This document shows, piece after piece, positions 1 to 11,090 of a stretch of 64,000 nt of DNA; the stretch's first letter is position 1, and each line of letters opens with the position of its first letter. The stretch covers positions 95,035,635 through 95,099,634 of the forward strand of contig JARDVH010000163.1 in NCBI GenBank assembly GCA_030324005.1. Reading direction: 5' to 3'. The notes under the pieces were generated by a model. That model was not told where the DNA came from. It worked only from the letters and a program-made list of their open reading frames with translations, and searched no databases. The translations under genes were made by a program, and so were the position numbers. This DNA is from Negaprion brevirostris. Lineage: Eukaryota.

Positions 1-623
1 CTGAGCGAAATCCTGTTCAGTGAAGTTAAAGCAAGAAACAAAGAAAGGGCTCTGAAGTAAAGACAGCTGCAAGAAGCAGACTTTAAAATCAACTTGTCAG
101 AAGCCAGACATCTGAAGTAATCAGAAGGTTTTTTTCCTCCTTATTACTGGCCTGTGAAGCAGTAGTGTTCTGTTGGCATGACTGAATAACCGAGTGAATC
201 TATGGAAGGGGAAGCTTGAATGCACATGAACACCGAAAGGGAAGCTGAACCATGGAGGTGGATCCTTGCTGAGAATTAATGGGAAACCCATAAATGTTGT
301 TTGAGTGGCATTTACACTTGGTTTCAAAGTGTGGAGGTGTCTGACCACAGGTTGCCTATTGGTTTACATGAACTACGTGCTTACTGAGAATGTTAGAATG
401 CAAGATAGATTTTGTAACTTGTGTTATCCTTACAAGTCTGTAAAGATTTAGCTGAGATGAAGGAGTAGTGTATTATAGTTCATCTTTTCTTCCTTAATAC
501 ATGTTTGTTATTTTGTTACTAGTTTATTGGTAGTCCTGTGACTGTTCATTCGCATATCTAAAAGATATCAAGACAGGTTCCATCCTAACTTTTCCAATGG
601 TAACATCAGCTGGGATCATAACA
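1..623 (+). mobile_element. 3' part of an LTR (probable solo LTR), truncated by window start
   Basis: Ends ...GGGATCATAACA (623), an LTR-like terminus similar in style to the solo LTRs at 20484 and 32873; non-coding. Confidence 0.45.
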
Positions 624-660
624 GGATAATAAAGATAAAGAAAAAGCAATTGAAAACCTT

Positions 661-972
661 CTCAAATTAATAACTATTTAAAAGATTCTACCTTTATTGC
701 AGTTGTAATTCTTAGAAATAAACATTGATGAGATTCTAATTACATACGATCTATCATTTCTCCTAAATTTAGGTTTGAGTGATATTGTAATGGTTCTATC
801 AACAATAACTGCTAATTGTGAAAATGGTATTTTCTGCATTTAAACAAAAGAATTCACTCCCAACAGTTGTTACGTCACAAATCAAAAATTGTTCCGGTCT
901 GCAGTACTAACAGTTAACTTACTTTTATGCACAGTTTTAAAGCTTATGATATACTCAAGCACGCCCATCTGA
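661..972 (+). pseudogene. Possible decayed viral fusion (F-like) glycoprotein fragment, part of the EVE
   Basis: Frame from 712 has one internal stop in ~87 codons of AT-rich DNA: LEINIDEILITYDLSFLLNLGLSDIVMVLSTITANCENGIFCI*TKEFTPNSCYVTNQK. Cys spacing loosely resembles the paramyxovirus F1 Cys-rich region. Possible continuations at ~1490-1615 (..YPCKIFQMHCEEAETFYITG) and a hydrophobic stretch at ~1860-1925 (FQFVTFILCYAMPHLICFLYFL). Confidence 0.25.
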
Positions 973-1044
973 ACGTGTAATGAAATGGGATTCAGGCTGA
1001 GAGAATTGGGATAAGAGATCTAACTAGTCGGTTANNNNNNNNNN

Positions 1045-1487
1045 CCAGAGGGACTGGACCCCTGCTAATAACGGACCCGTTCAAACATTCTCTACTCTTC
1101 CAAACTCCATCCAGTTCATTCTGACATCCTTCACCCACTCTGTACTCAATTCAACCTTACATTTGATCACCTGTATTGCAGTTCAAGATCATAACCCTCA
1201 GTTTAATTTGACTAAACCTTCCCTTTCTTTATTCATTTGGATTACACTAGTTAGTGGGTTCTTTCCCCCACTCTCAGCTCCAGCCTCTGCCTCTCAGTTA
1301 ATATTTTACTCTGCCCCTGCCTTTCACCTCTCCACCTAGTTAAAATTCCCACGACGTAATGCCAGGACCTTCTCCACTCTTCTGCTGATGCAAGGACTCT
1401 TCTCCCAATTCTCCAACACTGGGACTGACTTCTTCCCTTTCCTCCTCTCCTTGATGTTGCTTCCGAGTGCTGCTGCAATTCAAACTG
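1045..1487 (-). mobile_element. Probable CR1 LINE 5'UTR/ORF1-start fragment
   Basis: Purine-rich on the minus strand, ending in sequence resembling a CR1 ORF1 start (GCAGGGGTCCAGTCCC). Confidence 0.3.
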
Positions 1488-1615
1488 ACTCTGTCTGCTC
1501 TATCTTTCATTTGGAATTCCTATCCTTGTAAGATTTTCCAGATGCACTGTGAAGAGGCTGAAACCTTTTACATTACAGGCAAAACTGGTACTGGAGGAAG
1601 AGCAGCTCAGTTACA

Positions 1616-1727
1616 GAATCAAAGCAAAATACTGGAAGATACTGGAAATCTAATAATGAAGACAGAAAATGCTGGAGAAACTCAGCAGGTCCGGCTGCAT
1701 CTATGGACTTGTAGAAACAGAGTTAAT
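1616..1727. mobile_element. Penelope-like element terminal-repeat fragment
   Basis: AAAGCAAAATACTG..GATACTGGAAATCT..ACAGAAAATGCTGGAGAAACTCAGCAGGTC..GCATCT, the same motif that caps the Penelope element at 8957. Confidence 0.7.
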
Positions 1728-2471
1728 NNNNNNNNNNNNNNNNNNNNNNNNNNNNNNNNNNNNNNNNNNNNNNTAGCCATTGCTTAATCAACAAATATTA
1801 ACCCACATTCCAGCTTTCCAAAAGTAATGACTGTCAATGTGAATCACAATAACTTACACTTTCAGTTTGTAACTTTTATCCTTTGCTATGCAATGCCACA
1901 CCTTATTTGCTTTCTTTACTTCTTGGAAAGGCTCTGCTGATGGTGCTAATTACCTCGATTTGCTGTAGTAGTTTGATACCTCCAGTACATTTCCATGGAG
2001 CGCATATTCCATTTTCGTTTACAAATATCTTCATTTGACATTTGACTGTGTTGGTGTCCTTACCTTGCAATTCAGGACACTTTCAGTCCTCAAATTAAGT
2101 AGAATATAAAAATATATTCCTGAATTAAGTCCTCACTGAGGTCCCTTATATTACCCCCATGACAGGGTTGCTGAAACTGCTTGGTCCATAATCAAAACTC
2201 TTCAACTATATCAAGGCTGAATAACTGTTTTTATATCACAACATTTACATAAAAGTTAGATTTTAATTGCATGTATTGTTTACATAAAGATCAAGTTGTG
2301 TCTTTGATCAAAAGATAAATCTGATTTCCTTCACTTAATTAGCATTATTGTCCCTTTGAAGTGAAAAGTGTTGTTTAATTAAATTGTGGGGATTTTGGTG
2401 ATTAATTAAGGCAAGCATCTGTTTTCTATTGTTAATTCTGCAAGGTGTTTTTGAGTCTTTCAGATGTGATG

Positions 2472-2732
2472 TTAAATCGAGGCTCCTCAGAGATAGAAGT
2501 AAAACCCATGGCACTATTTAGAAGATGATCGGTGGGTGGTTTTCCCTGGTGTGCTGTTCAATATTTATCCCTTAATCAACACCACTGTAACAGACTACCT
2601 AGTTATTGCTGCTGTGGGAATGTCCTACGTGCAAATTAAATACCAGGTCTGCCACATCACAATAGTAAGTACATTTCAAAAGTACTTAATTTGTCACTTT
2701 GGGATGTCCTGAGGTCATGAAAGTCACTATTG
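2472..2732 (+). mobile_element. DeuSINE (SacSINE1-like), Deu-domain plus 3' tail
   Basis: CCCATGGCACTATTTAGAAGA..CCCTGGTGT..CAATATTTATCCCT..GTGGGA..GTGCAAATT..TTCAAAAGTACTT..CTTTGGGATGTCCTGAGGTCATGAAAG matches the Deu-domain SINE consensus. Confidence 0.8.
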
Positions 2733-3002
2733 TTTATAATTGAGGATAACTACATAGAGGTGGGCTGTTTCTGACACTCAGGTTTAAAAGCAGATGTTTG
2801 AAACAAATTGATGTTTGATCAGAATGATAGGTTCAATCCTACTGAAATACACACATATACCAGAGAAAACAGCTGGCTTAATTTGCCTCATTCAGTAGAT
2901 CTACAGAGATTTAAGTCTGCAAATGGAATACTTCTTGTAGCAATATGCATATCTTCTCATTTGCCATAGGAAACTAATTTAATTTGTTGTATGGCTATTT
3001 CC

Positions 3003-3224
3003 GTTGGCTGCTCCAGTTTCAGGAGATGCACAAGTGAGGTGGATTAGCCATGCTAAATTGCCTCTCAGTGTTCAAAGATATGTAGGTTAGATGGATTAAC
3101 CATGCTAAATGTGCAGGGTTACAGGGATAGGGTGGAGGGGTGGGCCTGGGTAAGATAATCTTTCAGAGAGTTGATGTAGACTCAAAGGGCCAATGGCCTC
3201 CTTCTGCACTGTAGGGATGCTATA
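3003..3224 (+). mobile_element. HE1/V-SINE, 5'-truncated
   Basis: GGTGGATTAGCCATGCTAAATTG (present twice) and 3' tail GGCCTCCTTCTGCACTGTAGGGAT. Confidence 0.85.
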
Positions 3225-3889
3225 ATTTATTGCCTCTCATATTTAAAAGGTTGCTGGAAAGTTTCGGTATCAGTGCAATGCTAATGCATCTCAATCCAAC
3301 TAGATACGTGGAACTATAAGATTCTGGTAAAGTCTGCCCATATTATTTTAGAAAATTAGGTGAGATAACCTTTGTCATTATAGGTAATTCACTGTCAAAG
3401 AGATCAGAATTTAACATTTTAGTACATCTGCCAAGATAAGAACAGGTTGCTGGGTTGAATGCTGGTGGCCTATAAATTCTCCAAACACAATAGTCTCCAC
3501 CCTCCAACGTTACCTTTGGCTGTTGACTTTGTTGTTGTAAAATATCAGTGACTTAATGAGGAGATTTTTAAAATAATTTTTACTTCATTCTTAAAGTTTC
3601 AAAGGCAATGTTCAGAGTGGAATGGGCAGATCAGAATCAATTCCTTACCTGCCCCAAATTCAAATTTTAATTTAATCCTATTCATGGTCCCCACAGGAGA
3701 GGCAAACAAGATTCACACTGACAAGATAAGGCATTGCTTCACTTCTTGAGCTTGATCTGACCGATGCAGGATCTTAACCAAAAGGCCGAGAATCAACTTA
3801 ATAAGGGGGTACTTCAGTTGAATGAGATATGATGGAGTCAATAATGTGGCTGTTGACTTTGAAGGTTTCCAAACATAATTTTATATGCA

Positions 3890-4090
3890 GTTTTGACAAA
3901 GAGTCATCTGGACTCTTTTCTCTCCTTACAAATGCTGCCAGACCTGCTGAGATTTCCCAACATTTTCTCTTTTGTTTTCAGATTCCAGCATCTGCAGTAA
4001 TTTGCCTTTATCCAGTGTTTAACTCACTGCCACTTCTCTTCCAGGAATGCCCACCCTGAAGAAGTACTGCTCTTCTCTCCAACAGGTTTT
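3890..4090. mobile_element. Penelope-like terminal-repeat fragment
   Basis: ATGCTGCCAGACCTGCTGAGATTTCC..CATTTTCT..TTTCAGATTCCAGCATCTGCAGTAATTTGC is the reverse complement of the motif at 8957. Confidence 0.75.
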
Positions 4091-5431
4091 CCGTATGTCT
4101 CCCCCACCCCCATTCACCTTCACTGCTTTCCATTTCTCTCATGATTTAAATGTGCCATGCTTATCAACACTTTATGTCTTGGATCCTGATCAATTTTCAT
4201 ATAGTTATCTACTGTACATGTTAATTATTAAAGTATATACAGAATAATATTCCAACTTAAAGTCAAGTTAACAGTCCTTGATGTAGATGTCATACTGCTT
4301 GGCCATTCTGAGGAGCTTTTTGTGTGTGAGATTCCTCACCCTGAGTGGTGAGACTTTGTGCCAGCAATCCAAGGAAAAATAACTGTTGTTGCAGTATTTG
4401 TTTATTTATTAACTACATAACAACAGAAATAATAAGCTGGGAAGTCAAAAGGCATAGAAAACAAAATTCTCAAGAATCTATGCTTGCTATGCACAATTTG
4501 TTTTACCAATTACCTGGTTGACTTCCTGAGATCCCCGTGTAGATCCTTAAGGGTTTGTGGATCTAAAATTGAAAATCTAAGCTTTAAAGAATAATCACTC
4601 TACATGGGGGAAAAAAAATTGCAGATGTTGAAAATCCAGGCTGAACAGAAAATTCTGGACACAATAGGGTAGGCAGTATATGTCAACAGAATAGAGAAGT
4701 TCACTTTACAGATGTTGATCATTCCTCAGAACTCCACGCCAGACTGAACATGATGCCCTATGTACCTCCACTAATGGACAGTGAACATTTTCACATAGAA
4801 ACCAAACCATAGAAGAACNNNNNNNNNNNNNNNNNNNNNNNNNNNNNNNNNNNNNNNNNNNNNNNNNNNNNNNNNNNNNNNNNNNNNNNNNNNNNNNNNN
4901 NNNNNNNNNNNNNNNNNNACAGAAATATGAAGAACACAAACTGTACTGAAAGAACAAAAGGTTAACTACTGACAAATAAAGAAAAGATTGATAACATCAG
5001 TTCATTCACAGTTCAATTCCACTCTTAAAGAGCTTATTTATTCTATTCTTCCTCTGGCTTTGTGTGCGCATAGATGCCCCCTTCACAATACTGTTAATGA
5101 GTTGAGTAGATGAAGAAAGGCTACTTATTCGTGAATTAGTACATCAAATAATCCTTTGCTCAAACCTTCGACAAGAACGCCCAATGTATCGTCTGCAATA
5201 TGAACTGAAACAGGTGACTATCTGGCCGAGGGACACTATACGAGGCAATTCAGATTAACACAATGGTGCTGTCCAATAATCAGTGTTATAAAGCAGTGAT
5301 TCATGTTGCTGTCTATTTTGGTTCCATTCCACGAGTACAGTCTTACTGAATTCCATATTGCAGAGATCCAAATTCAAATTTTAGCCATTTATAAACTCTA
5401 AGTTTTGATGATCCATATCACCACAGATAAC

Positions 5432-7734
5432 AGGCAGAATTCTCCTATCAGGGACCAAGCCCCGTGGCTTGGGAAAGCCCTCGGTATCTTCCATCCCTGG
5501 CCTCATTAATTATGCAGTACACTTCCACTCATCAGATGCCTGTCTGAGCTGCCGCCTTGCATTTGGATGGGCTCAGCAATGTGGCGGCGGTGGCAGTGGT
5601 GAGCTGATCTACAACTCTGCTGCACAATTAACATCAGTGATGCTCTGCCTGACAAAAGTCAGCTAAATTGCAATTTAGATGAGAAATGAGTCAAACTGCA
5701 ATGTTCAAATGCAGTTCCTCGCAAATTCATGTTTTGTTGTCTTTGAGCAGGGTAACATCAACTGCATCCGCAGAGAATGGCAGAAGATTGAGATGGGTTG
5801 GCGGTGGGGGGGGCGGGGCGGGGGGTGCACATCTGAAACCTCTCACCAAATTTAAGAGGCACCTGAGCTTGCAGGAGTGGAGCAGGACTGTGCCATTGGC
5901 AATAGGGAGCTCAGAGTCGGGGACCAACCTAGTAAGGATCCTTCCACCAAATGAAAGTGAGGGTCAAATATGTCCCCACATTGGAGGCAACTGTTGCTGT
6001 CACTTGCACTTTCTTATCTCACTGACAGACGCTTTCAGGAAGAGACCAAGCACTGAACAAGTGACTCCTTCTCAGGCATCTGCACCTCTCCAGCTGAAAG
6101 AGGAACTAGCAGAGAGAATGAGAAAAAAGCTGCACAACTGTAGAGGCATCACAGCAAACATCTACACCCTCCACCAGCTCAGGAACATACACCTTGATGG
6201 GTATTGGTGGTAAGTTAGGGAGGATCTCACATTATCTGGAGGTCACAGCACGGACACAGCAGGAGGAGGCAGTTTTAGCTGACCACCACCCCCCTGCCCA
6301 CACATGCAAGAGCTGCTGAGAGGCCAGAGTCTGGTGGAAAACCTCTGTAATCAGCCTTCTAACTCATGGTGAAGAGTCAACAAGATTCTTAGCAACATCA
6401 GGCAGAGGTGATGGAAGTCTGCAAAATAGTGACATGTGAGTGTGACGGGTCCATCTGCTTTCTTTTGATGAAGAGTTGCCCACATGTGTGTGCATTGAGG
6501 TCACCATGGGGAGGATGCCACGGTGTACTTGGTCTAGCAGAACATCCAGTTTCTGCTGGAGATGTGCACAGACCTGCACTCCATTACAGCAGCCATGGGT
6601 GAGGTCTTGCAGTGACTGCACAAGAAGGTCATGGAGAGGCACTATCTCCTATCAGGTGTTCCTTTTCCTCAGAGTCAGGTTGGAGCCCTTGGACACCCAA
6701 GGGGTGGGGGAACAGCAGCTGGACACCTCTGGATCAGCTATTCAGGGCTCCCAGAGATTGTCTGCATCATCCCAACCCACTTTGTCTCTCATTCCTTCAA
6801 CCTGTTATTGCAGAGGATGCAACTAGTCCATAGGAGGACAGCCAAAGGAAGCCCAAGAATGACTGCCAAAGTCATCAAAAGCGACAGGGCATATGTGTCA
6901 GCAGACTGCTTCCACCTCTGCTGCAGGCATCAGGGCAGCATCTAGAAGAAATGGTAGGCCAAGAAAAATATTTTAAAAATGATCACAACTGGTTGCACAG
7001 GTGACCAAACAGTTGTCACAAATTGTCAACTATTTATTTTGTGGCATCCTTCTAAAGGCTTTGTGAGTGCCCTGAACCATCACAGCTCCCTCTGCCTCAT
7101 TGCTGATACCCTCATTTCATTCCTGAGTCCAATCCCCAGGCATCAAGTACTGACTCCGTTGACCCCTCCCTTTGTACACATTCACCCTCCCACTTCTGAA
7201 CTGGTCGTTCCTCCCCGATCCTTCACCTCCCATCAGTTCCTCCCTGCAGCATAAGGATTTCATCCCCAGTGGCAAAGTCCCTGGAAAGTGGTCCAAAACC
7301 TCAGCAAAATCAAAGCTGCTGCATGGAGAACTCCCACCTTCCAAAATTTCCTTTGGGAAGGAGCCATGTGGATGAGACTCCACCCACCACATGTTGCTCC
7401 AGGGTCCAATAACTGTCAGCCTCCAACATCACAATCTGAGCTGGGCTGTTAGGTAAATGCCGACTTCTGCACGCCACGTTGGTCCAGACATGTTCTAACT
7501 GACGTGATTTCTGGCTGGTGTTACAGAGAATTCCAGTCAGGCCTTCAACTGCATCCCAACAGTGGGATGCAAATCATTTTAATGCCTGCCTCTGACACAT
7601 TGCGGGGCAACATCAGAAAACGCTGCGGTCATTTTATGCCATCATGAAACCAATTTTTGGACCTCCCACTGAATCCCTCCCACTCCCCCCTCCTCCAATG
7701 ATCCCACTGGTGGGGACATGGGAGAATTTTGCCC
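5432..7734. mobile_element. PIF/Harbinger-type DNA transposon (non-autonomous, decayed) inserted in the L EVE
   Basis: TIRs AGGCAGAATTCTCC (5432) / GGAGAATTTTGCCC (7721-7734); near-identical 3-bp flanks AAC/AAT; GC-richer interior with decayed coding remnants (e.g. EMCTDLHSITAAMG ~6560). Confidence 0.7.
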
Positions 7735-8956
7735 AATAACAGAGCTAAGACAGTGTGCAATTTAACACCAAATATGAAAAATTCCAAGAGGATGTGTCAT
7801 CATGAAGGTCAAATGGAAGCAGAAATGGCAATATTAACAAATAGAACATTTTCAAATAGCCACAAGCATACGTTTCCTTCCAAATAGGGGAAAAGTGCAT
7901 CTAAATATCTAATACCGTTGGGTCCACTCAACTGACAATAGGAAAAAGACATTAGGTCTGGCAAAAACGTATCTGTTATCTACTTTACGCAATGGTGCAC
8001 TGCTAGTGAAGCTTTGTATGTATTTTCTGCATTTTCTGAAAGAAGTCAGTTGTAAAGAACTTCAAGATATTTGTGATCTTGACAGCCAGCAAGAAAGATA
8101 TCCTTGTCTTGAAATGTATTTAAAGATTTATTGCAAGGAAACAGTCTAAGCCTGTGACTGTCCCCTTGAGAATTGCAGATGGTAAACGACAGGTCTTCTC
8201 AGATATGTTTAGGTTGGATTTCATTAAGCTGTACACACGACGTGGCTGGTTGCAAAAACCAGGTGTCAAAAGACCATCCGAGTTAAAAACCTACCTTTCT
8301 GTAATCATTCTACAGTGACTTGATATTTTAAATCATTTTATTTATGATTTTATTAAAATTTTCTTCTTTGTACTATAAAGAGAGGAAATTCCAGAAGGAT
8401 GCCAATCCTCAGAAATGTAGCTGTGGCAAATTCATCTGCAGCTGGTAACAATTCACAGATACAAAATAGGGAGTGGCAGTTAATACCAAAGACTCAAAAA
8501 TAATAGCACAGCAAAACCAGCAGCAAATGTCATATGAAAATACATGCTCAGTCAACAAATGCCATTGCAAAGGAAATTGCATTGCTAATGATAAATTCCA
8601 AACTTAAATGGAAATATCTAAAGTATGGATATGTTTTTATTAAACAACTATTCAATGACTTCAGTGCATCCTTGGTGAACAGCACTAAGGAATAACATCA
8701 GATAGCATTTATCTGAGGCTTTACTGGTTACACTAAATCAACAGTGCATGAGTACTTTGCAATGAAGAGGTGGTTTCCGAATGGCACTCAATGTGAATTG
8801 GGTGAATAATTGACAAGGGGTTTGTGCATGACCAATTGTTTGATCAATGCTGATGCTCCAGCGAGTCTGTAGATCAAACATTTGTATGGGTGGAACAGGG
8901 ACATCCTGGCTTGAACACCAGATCTTCTATTTCTAACCCTTCCAGTCATAATGATA

Positions 8957-11090
8957 ACAGCAAATTACCATTGATACTGGAATCTGAAATCAAAACTGAA
9001 AATTCTGGGAAATCTAAGCAGGTCTGACAGCATCTGTGGAGAGAGAACATAGCATTTTGAGACTGGGCAACACTTCGTCAAAGTGGAAAAGAATAGAAGA
9101 TAGGATGAATTTTATACTATTCTGATGGGGAGGTAGGTGGTCTAGGGGCTGGATATAGGGTGCACGATAAGTGGAGACAAGGGGGAGGTTGACAAAGATG
9201 TCATAGGCAAAAAGATAAAGCGAATGTAAATGGTGGTGATCATGACTAAGATGGGTGCTGATGGTGGCACATTAAGAGATCAGAATGTTAAATGGCAGAA
9301 CCAAAGTTAAATAGTGTGCTAAAAGACAACTTGAGACATGTCCCTCATGAGTTGAGGGATGGAAAGACAGTGATAAAAGTGAAAAAAGATGGAAAGTGGG
9401 AAAAAAATAAGTGGGTAGAAAAATGATGGAAGAAATGAAAATAAACTTAAAGATAAATAAAATGATTTAAAATATTAAATAAGTAAACAAATTGATGGAA
9501 ATGGAATGAAGGTGAAGGAGATAGTTCACAGTTTGAAGCTATTGAACTCAATGTTAATTCCGGAAGGTGTAAAGTGCGTATTCGGACTATCAGGTGCTGT
9601 CCTCCAATTTGTATTGGGCTTCACTGGGACATTGCAACAGACTAAGGATAGACATGTGGACATGAGAGTTGGATGGTGTGTTGAAATAGCAAGTGGCAGG
9701 AAGATCTAGGTCCTGCTTGCAGATGGACAGAAGATATTCTGCAAAGTGTTTACCCATGCATTTGGTCTCTCCAATGTAGACTGTATTGGGAGCAGCAAAT
9801 GCAATACAGCAGATTAAAGGAGGTGCATATGCAGTACTGCTTCACCTGAAGAACGTTTGGGCCCTTGGATGATGAGCAGGGAGGAGGTAAAGGGACAGGT
9901 GTTGCAGCTTCTGCGATTTCATGGGAAGGGAGTGAGGTGTTGGCTGTGATAGAGGGGTGGACCATGGTTTCCTGGAAAGAACAGTCCCTGCGGTATGCAG
10001 GGACTGAGGGGAAAATGGGTTTGGTGGTGGCATCGTGCTGAGTTGGTGGAAATGGTGGAGGATGTTCCTTTGAATTCAGAGTCTGGTGGGGTGACAAGTG
10101 TGGATAAGAGGGGCCCTATCCTGGTTTGGGAGGGACGGAAAGGGGTGAGAGTAGTGGCACAGCAACCTGTCAACCACAGTGGATGGGAAACTGTGATTAA
10201 GGAAGAAGGAAGTCATATCAGCAGTGCCATTTTGGAGTGGCACCACTAAAACAGATGAGATGTAGGCGAAGGAACTGAGAATGGAACGGCGTCCTTACAG
10301 GATATGGGGTGTGAAGAGCTGTGGTCAAGGTAGCGGTGGGAGTCAGTGGGCTTGTAATGTACACCAGTGGACAGTCTATCATCAGAAATGGAGACACAGA
10401 CATCAAGAAAGGGAAGGGAAGTGTCAGAGATGGACCATGTGAAGGTAATAGAGGAGTGAAAATTGGAGAGAATGAAGCGGCGCCGAAACAGTTGTCAATA
10501 CACCGATAAGAGTTGTGGGAGGTGACCTGAATAGAACTGGAACAAGGAAGGTTCACATCAAGAGACAAGCATAATCAGGACCCATACTGGTACCCATAGC
10601 CACATCTTTTATTTGGAGGAAGTGAGACAAGTTAAAGGAGAAATTGTTGAGTGAGAGAACAAGTTCAGCCAGACAGAGGAGAGTAGTGGTGGATGAGGAT
10701 TGTTCAGGCCTCTTCGAGGAAGAAGCAGAGCACTCTCAGCCATCCTGGTGGGGAATAGAAGTATAAAGAGATTGGACATTCATGGCAAAGAGGCAGCAGT
10801 TTGGGCCAGGGAACTGTAAGTTGTTGAAATGACATAAGGCATCAGAGAAATTCTGGATATAGGTGGGAAGGGACTGAACAAAAGGAGAGAGGATAGAGTC
10901 AAGACAGGAAGAAATTAGTTCAGTGAGGCAGGAACAAGCTGACACAATTGGCCAATTGGGTAAGTCCTGTTTGTGGATTTTGTGGGGGAGGTAGGAAAAT
11001 GTGTCTGGGGTTAGGAGACTATGAGGTTGGAGGATGTGAAGGGAAGATTTCCAGAGGAGATGAATGAGGTCAGTGACAATCCTGGAATCA
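8957..11090 (-). mobile_element. Penelope-like retroelement (RT + GIY-YIG), 5'-truncated, inserted in the L EVE
   Basis: Minus-strand ORFs: KIHKQD..PIVSACSC.TELISS.LDSILSP.VQSLPTYI...FAMNVQSLYTSIPH (10736-11113) and YRCIDNCFG (YIDD-like, within 10218-10568); endonuclease C-terminus (PSGINIEFNSF) at ~9535-9565; terminal repeat at 8957-9085. Confidence 0.9.

Larger units (their letters stand above)
2300..4420 (+). pseudogene. Possible decayed attachment glycoprotein (HN/G-like) remnant, part of the EVE, interrupted by SINEs and a Penelope fragment
   Basis: Hydrophobic type-II-anchor-like stretch at ~2380-2445 (IVGILVI/LIKASICFLLLILQG). At 4290-4370, with frameshifts, SYC-WPF*GAFCV-EIPHPEW*DFVPAI resembles the HN C-terminal pattern T-x-C-F...C...EI...G-x-F-x-P-x-L. 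Lies immediately upstream of the L remnant. Confidence 0.3.
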
